DNA of 63,886 nucleotides, filler included, from Octopus bimaculoides (lineage: Eukaryota), in the NCBI RefSeq assembly GCF_001194135.2. It is 6 parts of 6 records of this genome, joined end to end, with 100 filler letters (N's around TTAATTAATTAA, not from the genome) between each part and the next. Parts side by side here need not be neighbours in the genome. Positions count along the whole stretch, not along the records: positions 1 to 9,162 come from NC_068991.1; positions 9,263 to 18,698 come from NC_068993.1; 4 more parts are not named here. The stretch is one strand, 5' to 3'. Under the pieces are notes generated by a model that was not told where the DNA came from, searched no databases, and worked only from the letters and a program-made list of their open reading frames with translations. This document shows, one piece after another, positions 1 through 11,576 of this stretch. The translations under genes and the position numbers were made by a program. The first letter of the stretch is position 1, and each line of letters opens with the position of its first letter.

Positions 1-47
<47 letters not shown>

Positions 48-260
48 GTGTGTGTTTGTGTGTCTGTGTTTGTTCTCACAGCATCGCTTGACAACCGATG
101 CTGGTGTGTTTATGTCCCCATAACTTAGCTGTTCGGAAAAAGAGACCGATGGAATAAGTACTAGGCTTACAAAGAATAAGTCCTGGGATCGATTTGCTCA
201 TCTAAAGGTGGTGCTCCAGCATGGCCACAGTCAAATGACTGAAACAAGTAAAAGAGTAAA
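1..260 (+). mobile_element. SINE family A, 3' half
   Basis: CATCGCTTGACAACCGATGCTGGTGTG...GGTGCTCCAGCATGGCCACAGTC...GTAAAAGAGTAAA. Confidence 0.85.
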
Positions 261-1243
261 TATGTATGTGTTTGTGTGTGTGTGCGTGTGTGTAGAAGGT
301 TGAAAAGTAATACACGTGTTGATATGTATAAGGAAAATAAGACAAGGTATAAAATGCAATAATAATTTTTTCATGAAGAGAATTTAGTACTGGATTCAGT
401 CTTTGCGACTTAATTGAACCTAAAAACTCTTGAAGACTAAGAACTCTTGCTCCAGCATGGCCACAGTCAAATGGCTGAAACAAACAAAAGATTAAAAGAA
501 TGAAAGAATAAACTCAGAACAAATTTAAGATATTATTCATATGTTTTGGAAATTAAGAACCTTAGCACTGAATTTGAAGAATGAGATCATTCCTAGGGGA
601 CACAATTGGCAAAGATTCAATTTTATTATAAGAACTTAATTATTATAAATTGTAAAAATTTGGCTTCTGCAAATAAGGTTGGAGTTGAAACTTGCTTGAT
701 AGAGATAATTGGTTTATCCTTCTTAAAAGCAATAATATTTTCATTTTGGCAGTTGGATCTAATTAATTTGGCAATAATCTTAGCTCTTCTATGGATGAGC
801 AGAGAATGAATGACTACCAAGATGAAAGTCAAGAAATTATGTGCTCTGTAACTGAAGAAATTCTGTTCTTATTTAATATATTTATTAGAGAAGAAACAGA
901 AATAATTGTTTCATTCTTTAGAAAATTGCAACTGAAATTCATCTAATTTAGTGACACCTAATGATAAATTAATGATAGGCATTGGTGTGGCTGTGTGGTA
1001 AGAAATTTGCATCCCAACCACGTGGTTCCGGGTTCAGTACCACGGCAAGTTTCTCGCGTTATAGTCTCAAGCCAACCAAAGCCTTATGAGTTGGTTTGGT
1101 TGACAGAAACTGAAAGTAGACTCAAGGCGGTGAGCTGGCAGAAACATTAGCACACGGGGCGAAATGCTTAGCAGTATTTCTTCTGCCGCTACGTGCTGAG
1201 TTCAAATTCCGCCAAGATCGACTTATATATATATATATATGTA

Positions 1244-1305
<62 letters not shown>

Positions 1306-1551
1306 AAAATTTGAAACCAATATTATGACTATTATTGTTATTATGTTGTTGTTGTTGTTGTTGTTGTATTGCTTTTGTTATTCTTCTTCTTGTTCTTACT
1401 TCTGCCTTCATCTTTATTTGGCAGATTATTTCGAAGATTACTCAAGATTAAGAAGAAAACCAAGTGCTGCTGTAAAAAGAGAAGAGAATAGTCGCTTATC
1501 TCTGCTGCCTTCCAACAAGAGCAACAGCAACAATTGAAATTAATAATAATA

Positions 1552-1583
<32 letters not shown>

Positions 1584-1668
1584 ACAGAGTACATATATTA
1601 AGTGTAAATTTCGGTACCTTCAAGAATTCCCAATTGGTATTACATCTGTTTCGGTTTTCCTAGCAGAC

Positions 1669-1704
1669 ATGCCTTTAGCCAGAACTCCTCTTGAAATTGC
1701 ACAG
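1669..1704 (+). CDS. ANKEF1: ANKEF1-like gene, first coding exon (MPLARTPLEIAQ)
   Basis: Acceptor ttttcctagcag|AC ATG and donor CAG|GTAAGA at 1705. Phase 0 joins 5223 in frame, giving MPLARTPLEIAQVCKLIQLVYEKDK, similar to the recalled vertebrate ANKEF1 N-terminus (MALADKRLENLQIYK.LQCVRNKDK). Confidence 0.75.
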
Positions 1705-1746
1705 GTAAGAATTGGTTTTTTGTTCTTCGTTAAATTTCTCATTAAT

Positions 1747-1780
<34 letters not shown>

Positions 1781-1876
1781 ACACTTTCTTGATCCGAATC
1801 ATTATTATCAGCGTCACCATCATTGCATTACCACTGTTATCAGCATCGTATCTATTGTCTCCATAGTCACCATCAC

Positions 1877-1907
<31 letters not shown>

Positions 1908-2261
1908 TTCATCACCACCATTATCACTATCATTACCATTTTCATCACCATCATCACCACCACCACCGTTCTGTATGGTCTTTCCTCACACCACCACTAC
2001 AAAGGAATAAACAAATNNNNNNNNNNNNNNNNNNNNNNNNNNNNNNNNNNNNNNNNNNNNNNNNNNNNNNNNNNNNNNNNNNNNNNNNNNNNNNNNNNNN
2101 NNNNNNNNNNNNNNNNNNCATCATCATCGTTTAACGTCCGCCTTGCATGCAGCTATGGGTTGGACTATATATATATATATATAAGGATTTACTTTTCGTA
2201 ATGAGATAAAAAAAAAAAAAACCCAAGGCTGTGTATAATATGGAACATTTATAAATAGAAA

Positions 2262-2309
2262 GTCTTACAGCTGTTTCCAGGATATTTTATATATCCCTTC
2301 ATCGGAGAT
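2262..2309 (-). ncRNA. Hammerhead-like motif, left arm of foldback 1
   Basis: Minus strand ATCT-CCGATGA-A-GGGATAT-ATAAA-ATATCCT-G-GAAA-CAGCTG-TA-AGAC, with a 7-bp stem II and U4>C core. Confidence 0.5.
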
Positions 2310-2436
2310 GGTGTGAGAGGATGGTTAAGCAATAGTTAATTTAGATAAGATAGGGAATAGAGAGTGAATTCCTCCATTTCACTCTCTATTCCTTATCTTA
2401 TCTAAACTAACTATTGCTTAACCATCCCCTCACACC

Positions 2437-2484
2437 GTCTCCGATGAAGGGATATAATAAATAACCTAGAAACAGCTGTAAGAC
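2437..2484 (+). ncRNA. Hammerhead-like motif, right arm of foldback 1
   Basis: GTCT-CCGATGA-AGGGATA..TAACCTA-GAAA-CAGCTG-TA-AGAC. Stem I GTCT/AGAC, palindromic stem III ACAGCTGT, GUA site; core has U4>C. Confidence 0.55.
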
Positions 2485-3475
2485 CTTCTATTTATAAATG
2501 TTATAAAATATACACAGCCTTGGGTTTTTTTTTATCTCATTACGAAAAGTAAATCCTTATATACGCACGCTGATATATGACCTACGTTGGACCCCTTATT
2601 CGCATAATCACCGAACTTGGAGCCTAATTATGGTCTATCCATAGCACTTATTCACCATTACCTGAAACCTCTGGGTCTCATAACCTATACATACACGCTG
2701 GCATAGAATATATATATGTGTGTGTGTGTGTTCGTTTGTATGTTCCTTTCTCTTCACCACCGCCACCGCCACCAATACTATCGCCGTCAACGTCACCGTT
2801 ATTTGTGTTCCTTTCCCTGTGATGTTGAGAGAGGGAAAGAAGCCATGATTATATCCGCAGACGTAACACAACTTCACTGGCTTGGCTTTTCCACCCACCT
2901 CCAACCCCCCTTTCTTTCTCCGTTCGCTTTTCACTTCATATTTCGATTTAGAAAAGCGATCAGATGAAATTAGTCCCCGATATTTTCATTTCATCTCACA
3001 AAGCCATAGACCAAACTCTCATCTGAAACAATTTACATTGGAACAAAGCTCTATGAATGGGGGAATTTATCAGAACGCATTAAGTGTTCCATTAAGCGTT
3101 GTTCTTCCCTTGTTTTTACGTCTTTTAAACGATGTCGACAATTGTGAGGAATATTGCAGATGTCAGCTCCAATGATTTCGACGATAAAAGTTAATAATTA
3201 AAATATTGCACTCGTTTTGGGGTTAACCCTGAATGAGTGCGCGCGTGTGTGTGTGTGTGTATAAAAGTAATCAGAAATTAAGCTCCCATTATCTATATAT
3301 CATTCGTTCAGTCTACATATCTATCTAGACATATATATATACATACATATATAGGTTATGAGTGATACGCAGATGTATGTATGTATGTATACATCTGCTT
3401 ATCTATTACCTACCTATCTTTCTATTCTGTGCATCCTCTCTCTCCCTCTCTCTCTCTTTTTCTCTCTCTCTCTCT

Positions 3476-3535
<60 letters not shown>

Positions 3536-3823
3536 NNNNNNNNNNNNNNNNNNNNNNNNNNNNNNNNNNNNNNNNNNNNNNNNNNNNNNNNNNNNNNNNN
3601 NNNNNNNNNNNNNNNNNNNNNNNNNNNNNNNNNNNNNNNNNNNNNNNNNNNNNNNNNNNNNNNNNNNNNNNNNNNNNNNNNNNNNNNNNNNNNNNNNNNN
3701 NNNNNNNNNNNNNNNNNNNNNNNNNNNNNNNNNNNNNNNNNNNNNNNNNNNNNNNNNNNNNNNNNNNNNNNNNNNNNNNNNNNNNNNNNNNNNNNNNNNN
3801 NNNNNNNNNNNNNNNNNNNNNNN

Positions 3824-3872
<49 letters not shown>

Positions 3873-4056
3873 GTATGTATATATATACATACATATCTAT
3901 ATATACACACACAGAAACACACACACATCATATACATATACACACGCAAACATTCATACATACACGTGCATTTATATATATATATACATATATACATGTA
4001 CGTGCACACCCACGCACACACTTATCTATGTACAGGCATACATACATAATATTTGT

Positions 4057-4088
<32 letters not shown>

Positions 4089-4228
4089 TGGAAGGCTTTG
4101 GCAACGCAGTTGAAACATTAAAAAGCAACAATAGCAAAGATATTGCATTGTTAAGTTAGAAATATTCAATTAGTTTTAATATTCTGCGTAATATATTCCA
4201 TTAGGAAAGTATTGAAAGAGCAATAAAC

Positions 4229-4285
<57 letters not shown>

Positions 4286-5222
4286 CTGTTTTTTTAATAT
4301 AATTTATAAAACTGATATTACCATTAAATATCTTGTATAATATTAGTCAGCGCATATCCAACATATCCTTTGACGAGGAATTCTTTACCACACAGCCACT
4401 ATCATAAGATCTTCAATAGTAATAACGTTAAGGTAAGCTACCGTTGCACTAAAAGTTTTATTTCTTTCATAACCAGTATAAACAGGAGAAAATGTTTTTT
4501 TACGAATAAGTAAAACTCTTTTTCTTTGTGTAATTTTAACCTCAATAACTGCTGTCTTGACTGCCTATGTTATTCTAAAGCATAAGTTTATCGAGCTGAA
4601 GTCATGTCTCATATATACTCCAGTGAAGCAAAAAGCTATACATGGCTCAATGAAAGTTCCCTTAAAAAATAGCTCTCGTAATATATGTATTCGCTCTTAT
4701 ATTCATAGGATGCCTGCCCACCTCACTATCAAAATATGTTGGAGTTTATAGGATTATCATCCTTTAAACTCTTATATTAATAATTATAAAATCGACTGAT
4801 CCTTTATAGAACATGCGTCCTCTTCCATTGCTGTTTCAGTAGGTTTTATGTTTTTTTTCTCTTTGAGTAGTATAGCTTTTATAGTAATTTGTTGTTTTGA
4901 AAAAGACTGGAATTGGTAAATTCTAGCAGACACTCCTATTGATATTTATTAAGGTGTTTCCAATTATCAATCGATTAACAGGTTTGTTCGTTTGGGGGGG
5001 TGGTACACACAAAATGGATTTACCATACTGTTTACAAAGGGTCACATTGTCTTTATGACAGAATATTTATCTTCTTCATGACAAACAGGGGAGGCAACTC
5101 TGGTGTTTAAATTAATTTATGATAAATTAAAATATGGTTACGCAGTAAAGACGCTCGCGGTGCCATGACGACGAGGCTGATGGTGATGGTGACATTACTG
5201 ATCTCATTATGCTTCTTCACAG

Positions 5223-5409
5223 GTGTGCAAGCTAATTCAGCTGGTTTACGAAAAGGACAAAGTTGAAATCCAAAAACTGATCGGCGAAGGAATCCCTCAC
5301 CTAATTAACTACAATGAACCGACTTTCGGCCGGACAGCTCTCATAGTCGCCACTATGTCCAACAGCGACAACATTCTCGAGTTTCTGCTCGGGCTCGGTG
5401 CCCATCCCG
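5223..5409 (+). CDS. ANKEF1: ANKEF1-like ankyrin-repeat exon (3' end lost in gap 5410-5733)
   Basis: Acceptor cttcttcacag|GTG. Translation VCKLIQLVYEKDKVEIQKLIGEGIPHLINYNEPTFGRTALIVATMSNSDNILEFLLGLGAHP resembles ANKEF1 (LINYTEP..G.SAL..A..SND.....FLL.LGAHP). Confidence 0.9.
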
Positions 5410-6385
5410 NNNNNNNNNNNNNNNNNNNNNNNNNNNNNNNNNNNNNNNNNNNNNNNNNNNNNNNNNNNNNNNNNNNNNNNNNNNNNNNNNNNNNNNNNNN
5501 NNNNNNNNNNNNNNNNNNNNNNNNNNNNNNNNNNNNNNNNNNNNNNNNNNNNNNNNNNNNNNNNNNNNNNNNNNNNNNNNNNNNNNNNNNNNNNNNNNNN
5601 NNNNNNNNNNNNNNNNNNNNNNNNNNNNNNNNNNNNNNNNNNNNNNNNNNNNNNNNNNNNNNNNNNNNNNNNNNNNNNNNNNNNNNNNNNNNNNNNNNNN
5701 NNNNNNNNNNNNNNNNNNNNNNNNNNNNNNNNNTTTTTTTTTTCATCACTTTTTGATTGATTGATTGATTGATTGTTGTTGTTAATCTTGTTGTTTAGTC
5801 CCGGGCTAGCTCTAGTCGAGCAGAGCTAGGGATCAAAACATGTTACTGCCTTCATCCATTCTCCTTCAGCTGCCTTCTCTTCTGTCTCTTAAATTTATCT
5901 TATAAGGAACTTTTGTTTGGATGGGGAGGGGGGGTGAATTTTGTTTTGTTTTGTTTTGTTTTTCTTTTCAAATCACTAAGCTACAGTAAAAGTGGTTTGA
6001 CCCAAAAAGATCCGTGCAGGAGAATTGAAACCCAGAAACGACGGACGTCGTTATGAAATCAACTTCTTTATCAAACGACTATGTTCTATGTTTGCGCCAG
6101 AATTCTTTTATGTTTCTATCAACCATCGACTTTACTTGGTCATGTCAATCGCAGTTCTTCACTTCAGGTTGGTACGTGCTTTATCGATCGCTATTCATCG
6201 GATCACTAAGTTACAGTTTCTGTTTCTAAATAAAGGAACGCAAGCTTGACATCGGTTTAAAAGATAAACACCAGCATAACAGAAATACAACTCATGCCTA
6301 AATACATTTATACACACATGACCACACACACACACACATACACACACGCACACACACACACACACATACATACATACATACATCA

Positions 6386-6538
6386 TGGCTGTGCGGTAAG
6401 AAGTTTGCTTCCCGACCACGTGGTTCCGGGTTCAGTCCCGCTGCGTGGCAACCTGGGCAAGTGTCCTCCACTATAGCCTCGGGCCGACCAAAGCCTTGTG
6501 AGTGGATTTGGTAGACGGAAACTGAAAGAAGCCCGTCG
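6386..6538 (+). mobile_element. SINE family A, 5' half (ANKEF1 intron)
   Basis: Head plus core as in 50692; another 5' part at about 978-1115. Confidence 0.85.
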
Positions 6539-6540
6539 TT

Positions 6541-6579
<39 letters not shown>

Positions 6580-7422
6580 ATTTGCTACTACCACCGAGAT
6601 CTGCACACACATACACACACACACACACACACATACATACATACATACATACATACATACAAAATCTGGGTTGCTTTAAATTTTCTCAAACATTTGAAAA
6701 TGGACTTCAATTTTTGCTTCCTTCGNNNNNNNNNNNNNNNNNNNNNNNNNNNNNNNNNNNNNNNNNNNNNNNNNNNNNNNNNNNNNNNNNNNNNNNNNNN
6801 NNNNNNNNNNNNNNNNNNNNNNNNNNNNNNNNNNNNNNNNNNNNNNNNNNNNNNNNNNNNNNNNNNNNNNNNNNNNNNNNNNNNNNNNNNNNNNNNNNNN
6901 NNNNNNNNNNNNNNNNNNNNNNNNNNNNNNNNNNNNNNNNNNNNNNNNNNNNNNNNNNNNNNNNNNNNNNNNNNNNNNNNNNNNNNNNNNNNNNNNNNNN
7001 NNNNNNNNNNNNNNNNNNNNNNNNNNNNNNNNNNNNNNNNNNNNNNNNNNNNNNNNNNNNNNNNNNNNNNNNNNNNNNNNNNNNNNNNNNNNNNNNNNNN
7101 NNNNNNNNNNNNNNNNNNNNNNNNNNNNNNNNNNNNNNNNNNNNNNNNNNNNNNNNNNNNNNNNNNNNNNNNNNNNNNNNNNNNNNNNNNNNNNNNNNNN
7201 NNNNNNNNNNNNNNNNNNNNNNNNNNNNNNNNNNNNNNNNNNNNNNNNNNNNNNNNNNNNNNNNNNNNNNNNNNNNNNNNNNNNNNNNNNNNNNNNNNNN
7301 NNNNNNNNNNNNNNNNNNNNNNNNNNNNNNNNNNNNNNNNNNNNNNNNNNNNNNNNNNNNNNNNNNNNNNNNNNNNNNNNNNNNNNNNNNNNNNNNNNNN
7401 NNNNNNNNNNNNNNNNNNNNNN

Positions 7423-7530
7423 TACATAGTAAAAATCATAAGATAATGATAATAAAACGACTACACGTGTTTCATAACCAAGTTTTCAAATAGAAAATAA
7501 AATATATTCAAATCAATTAAATCGATCAAA
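7423..7530. repeat. Dispersed AT-rich repeat fragment
   Basis: ACACGTGTTTCATAAC..TTTTCAAATAGAAA recurs reverse-complemented at about 39850-39953; both copies abut gaps. Confidence 0.55.
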
Positions 7531-7694
7531 AATCAATTCTATTCAAAAATATAGCTAATCTTCAGGTCAAAATACAACAATAATAATAATAAAAAGAATG
7601 TATATATATCAACCAACAATAAATAACAAATGAATGTATATAAAAATACTTATTATATTAGGGTTTTTTTTTTTTGTTCTTCTATTTATTTCAG

Positions 7695-7968
7695 AAAACT
7701 AACCACACACCTCTGATGTCAGCCGCCAAAAGTGGTAGTGCAACAGTCGTTAAGGCCATTCTTGAGAAAAGAGGAGATCCGAATATCAAGGACTGGAAGC
7801 GAAACAGAGCTGCCCACTTTGCCGCTGCCTACGGTCATTTCGAGGTTCTGGCGGCCTTGGCTGGTTACGACGCCGATTTCGATTGTGCAAATGTTGAAGG
7901 AAATACCGCGCTCCACCTAGCGGCAAGAGGAAACTTTACCTTGTGCTGCCGATTCTTGGCTCAGAGAG
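7695..7968 (+). CDS. ANKEF1: ANKEF1-like exon with about three ankyrin repeats
   Basis: Acceptor tttatttcag|AAA, donor AGAG|GTAAAT (phase 1). KTNHTPLMSAAKSG...AAHFAAAYGHFEVL...GNTALHLAARGNFTLCCRFLAQRG resembles ANKEF1 (AAHFAAKGG.F..L...GNTPLHYAA.GGF..CC.YIAQRG). Confidence 0.92.
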
Positions 7969-9116
7969 GTAAATCGTTTTTATTTGTACTTAACTACATA
8001 AATTCTCGTTTGTATTTTGCTGTATTATTTCGTAAATCTTCCACGGTGTTAACTAGAGGCATTTAGGGATTGGAAATGGTTCAACTGCATTCCCAATGTG
8101 TCACGTTGAGGCATATGGCGTCGCATTAACTCACATGCTATTACGCTGCGTCAGAATGGGCCAGATTCCGTCAGATTGTCTAAAACTCAGTTTTAGACAA
8201 CTGATGAAGAGTCCTTTCTCTGTGTTAACCTGTCCTGTTCTCTATTTTTCTCGTTGCTTACGTATTTCATGTTATTTGCACCGTTGGTGACGTCCTGTAC
8301 CTATATATGCATATATATATATATATATATATAAAGCATAAAGTCATGTGCGAGAGGTGAACAGAAGCAAATAAAGCGTTCTGTATTTGTATCAGTTTGT
8401 GAATATACAAGTGTATTGATAATGCTGAGCATACATGTTGATGTAAACATATACGCATGATTTTGCATACTGAAATAAATAATGCTACATGACGAAGGTT
8501 ACGAAACAGCTGTAATCATATGGAAATCAAAAGAAAAAAATAAATCTGCATTCACGTCCCACACCCCTGACTTTATGCTTTATTTTCTCTGCACAGAAAA
8601 ATTTTATCGTTGGTATTTTCTGGATTATTGTCAAGGGTATATTACATTACACAAATGCAGTAATTGATCACCACGTGAACTGATAGCCGATTCCGAATGG
8701 GGAGCTTACTGTGGATACCGACTTATTCTCTGAATCCAAAATTTTTCTACTCTTTTTTTATATGTGTGTAATGCGTGCAGTGTGTGTGTGTGTACGTGCA
8801 GGCATCTATGTGTGTGTTTGTCTGTCTGTATATGTGTGTGTGTGCACGGGCTCGTCACTATATGATTTATAATCTGTTTTGTATGACACGTTTTGGATCG
8901 TATGAGTCCTTGTGACCAATAATGAATTTATCATCATCATCATCGTCACCATTATCATCATCATTTCTTTTCTTTTTTTTTTCTTTTTTCGGCAAACTCA
9001 GACGTCACTTCTAGCTTAGTTTTTAGCCGCCAGGCGTCGCTGTCAAAACCTCGCTGTATATAACAGTGCAAATAACAAAGCAGCGCCGTTGCATTCATAT
9101 CATTTTGTTTGCTGTC

Positions 9117-9162
<46 letters not shown>

Positions 9163-9262
9163 NNNNNNNNNNNNNNNNNNNNNNNNNNNNNNNNNNNNNN
9201 NNNNNNTTAATTAATTAANNNNNNNNNNNNNNNNNNNNNNNNNNNNNNNNNNNNNNNNNNNN
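9163..9262. other. Assembly join placeholder (44 N + TTAATTAATTAA + 44 N)
   Basis: Exactly 100 bp; the 12-mer has stop codons in all six frames. Confidence 0.9.
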
Positions 9263-9530
9263 AGGAGACCTAGGAAGAAGGGGATATATATATATATATA
9301 TATATGCAAAGTATGGGGCTTTAGTTCACAGGTGATCTAAACGATTAGGTGCGTTAGGTAAGTGCTGTAACGGATTACTGAGGGTTCCAAGGTTATAGCC
9401 GAGACGATAGTCATGGACCATTGCAGATTTCTGATGCAGTGGATATATAATTGTTAAACAAGACGTCAAGCATTAAGGCAAGGCAAACATCTCAAGTCAT
9501 ATACAATATTATTACAGGAAGAAATTCAAA

Positions 9531-9586
9531 ATCTTACAGCTGTTTCTGGGATATCCTCGAGTATGGGATATTCCGTCATCAAAGAC
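9531..9586 (-). ncRNA. Hammerhead-like motif, left arm of foldback 2
   Basis: Minus strand GTCT-TTGATGA-C-GGAATATCC..GGATATCCC-A-GAAA-CAGCTG-TA-AGAT; core has C3>U. Confidence 0.5.
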
Positions 9587-9990
9587 AAATTAAGGCGGGG
9601 AAATATGGAAAATGAGAATGGTATATATTAATGAGATGATGACATAGAAGAAGGGAGTAAAAGAATGAGATGGAGAGAAAGAAGGAAAAAGAAGTAAAGA
9701 AGTTCATAGTTCAACTTTCCAAAGTTATAGAAACCAAAGCATGAGTCCTTAGGTGCAATCCTGCGTTGTGTAAGTCTTTAGACGCAATCTTGCGTATATC
9801 TATGTGGGTTAAAGTCCTAAAGACTTACACTAAGCAGGATTGCACCTAGGGACTCATAATCTGTTTTCTATAACTTCTTTTTTCTTCTCTCTTTCCATCT
9901 CCTTATTCTCTTACTCCCTTCCTCTATGTTATCATCGTATTGATATATACCATTCTCATTTTCCATATCATTTTTTTTTTTGCAGCAATT

Positions 9991-10047
9991 TGCCTCTGAT
10001 AATGGAATATCCTATACTCGAGGATATCCCAGAAACAGCTGTCAAGT
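9991..10047 (+). ncRNA. Degenerate hammerhead-like motif, right arm of foldback 2
   Basis: CTGATAA-T-GGAATATCC..GGATATCCC-A-GAAA-CAGCTG-TC; core has G8>A and stem I is disrupted. Confidence 0.35.
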
Positions 10048-11538
10048 TTTGAATTTCTTCCTGCAATAATATCGTATATAACTTAAGATGTTTGCCTTGC
10101 CTTAATGTTTGATGTCCTGTTTANNNNNNNNNNNNNNNNNNNNNNNNNNNNNNNNNNNNNNNNNNNNNNNNNNNNNNNNNNNNNNNNNNNNNNNNNNNNN
10201 NNNNNNNNNNNNNNNNNNNNNNNNNNNNNNNNNNNNNNNNNNNNNNNNNNNNNNNNNNNNNNNNNNNNNNNNNNNNNNNNNNNNNNNNNNNNNNNNNNNN
10301 NNNNNNNNNNNNNNNNNNNNNNNNNNNNNNNNNNNNNNNNNNNNNNNNNNNNNNNNNNNNNNNNNNNNNNNNNNNNNNNNNNNNNNNNNNNNNNNNNNNN
10401 NNNNNNNNNNNNNNNNNNNNNNNNNNNNNNNNNNNNNNNNNNNNNNNNNNNNNNNNNNNNNNNNNNNNNNNNNNNNNNNNNNNNNNNNNNNNNNNNNNNN
10501 NNNNNNNNNNNNNNNNNNNNNNNNNNNNNNNNNNNNNNNNNNNNNNNNNNNNNNNNNNNNNNNNNNNNNNNNNNNNNNNNNNNNNNNNNNNNNNNNNNNN
10601 NNNNNNNNNNNNNNNNNNNNNNNNNNNNNNNNNNNNNNNNNNNNNNNNNNNNNNNNNNNNNNNNNNNNNNNNNNNNNNNNNNNNNNNNNNNNNNNATATA
10701 TATATATATATATATATATATACTATTAGATTTCATTTAATTTTAAAAATGGGAAAATCGGACAGAACTTATGGAATGACCTGATATATATACATGTACA
10801 TCTATACATATACTTCTATACACATACATGTATACATATACATCTATATATATATACATATATAAGCATACATATATATGTACAGATATATGTACACATA
10901 TATACATGCATATATATATTTATACATGTATATACATAATATATGTAAAACTGATATATATATAATATGTATGTATGTATGAATGTATACATGTAATATG
11001 AGATAATAGTTTCACTTTTAATAGTTTCACTATGTTTATATTATATACATAGTGAATCCATATAAAAGTGAAACTATTATATCACATTACAATACAGTTC
11101 TTATTGTTTCGTTTTTGACGCGTAATATCGAAACAGTGTAAGAGATTGCTCCAGGCTTGCATTAGGCAAGATGTTGAAAGTTTTTATGGTACATGACACT
11201 CCATGGACCCTACGTAGTGCATCAATAAAATCTGAATGAAATCAGTTGGGTAGTTCTCGAGTTTTAGTGATGCACACATACATACACATACACACACATA
11301 TATAGTGTTTATTTAGGCACAAATGTGGCGAATAGCCAGGGGGTCTATTAAAAGATAATTAATAGCGAGATCCACTTTTAAATAGGGATACATATTGCCC
11401 TTTTGGTATTAATTCTGCTTTTATTGCTATTAATTATCTACCGCTGGTGATATAAACACGAGTGCTTATATGCACCACAAATCCATAAAAGGGGTTCTCT
11501 CATGAAAATAACGGAGTATTCTAACACATCCGCTTTAT

Positions 11539-11576
<38 letters not shown>

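Larger units (their letters stand above)
2178..2563. mobile_element. Foldback (long inverted repeat) element with a hammerhead-like motif in each arm; probable Penelope-type terminal-repeat relic
   Basis: Arms about 2178-2368 and 2378-2563 are highly similar reverse complements around a 9-nt loop; TA-rich flanks. Confidence 0.7.
9455..10123. mobile_element. Foldback element with about 320-bp arms and hammerhead-like motifs
   Basis: TAAACAAGACGTCAAGCATTAAGGCAAGGCAAACATC at 9455 is inverted at 10087-10123. Inner arms GTGTAAGTCTTTAG/CTAAAGACTTACAC flank a spacer at about 9784-9813. The right end abuts a gap. Confidence 0.7.

Noticed and set aside
1424-1535. Possible 5' UTR exon of ANKEF1 after tttatttggcag
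   Set aside because: An upstream exon is implied by the acceptor at 1666, but no convincing donor bounds this segment.
3209-3241. Small hairpin GCACTC...GGGTTAACCC...GAGTGC
   Set aside because: Short, single and imperfect; could arise by chance.
9207-9218. Recurring TTAATTAATTAA as a biological repeat or CRISPR-like array
   Set aside because: It is always centred in exactly 100-bp N blocks, so it is an assembly spacer. No CRISPR array is present.
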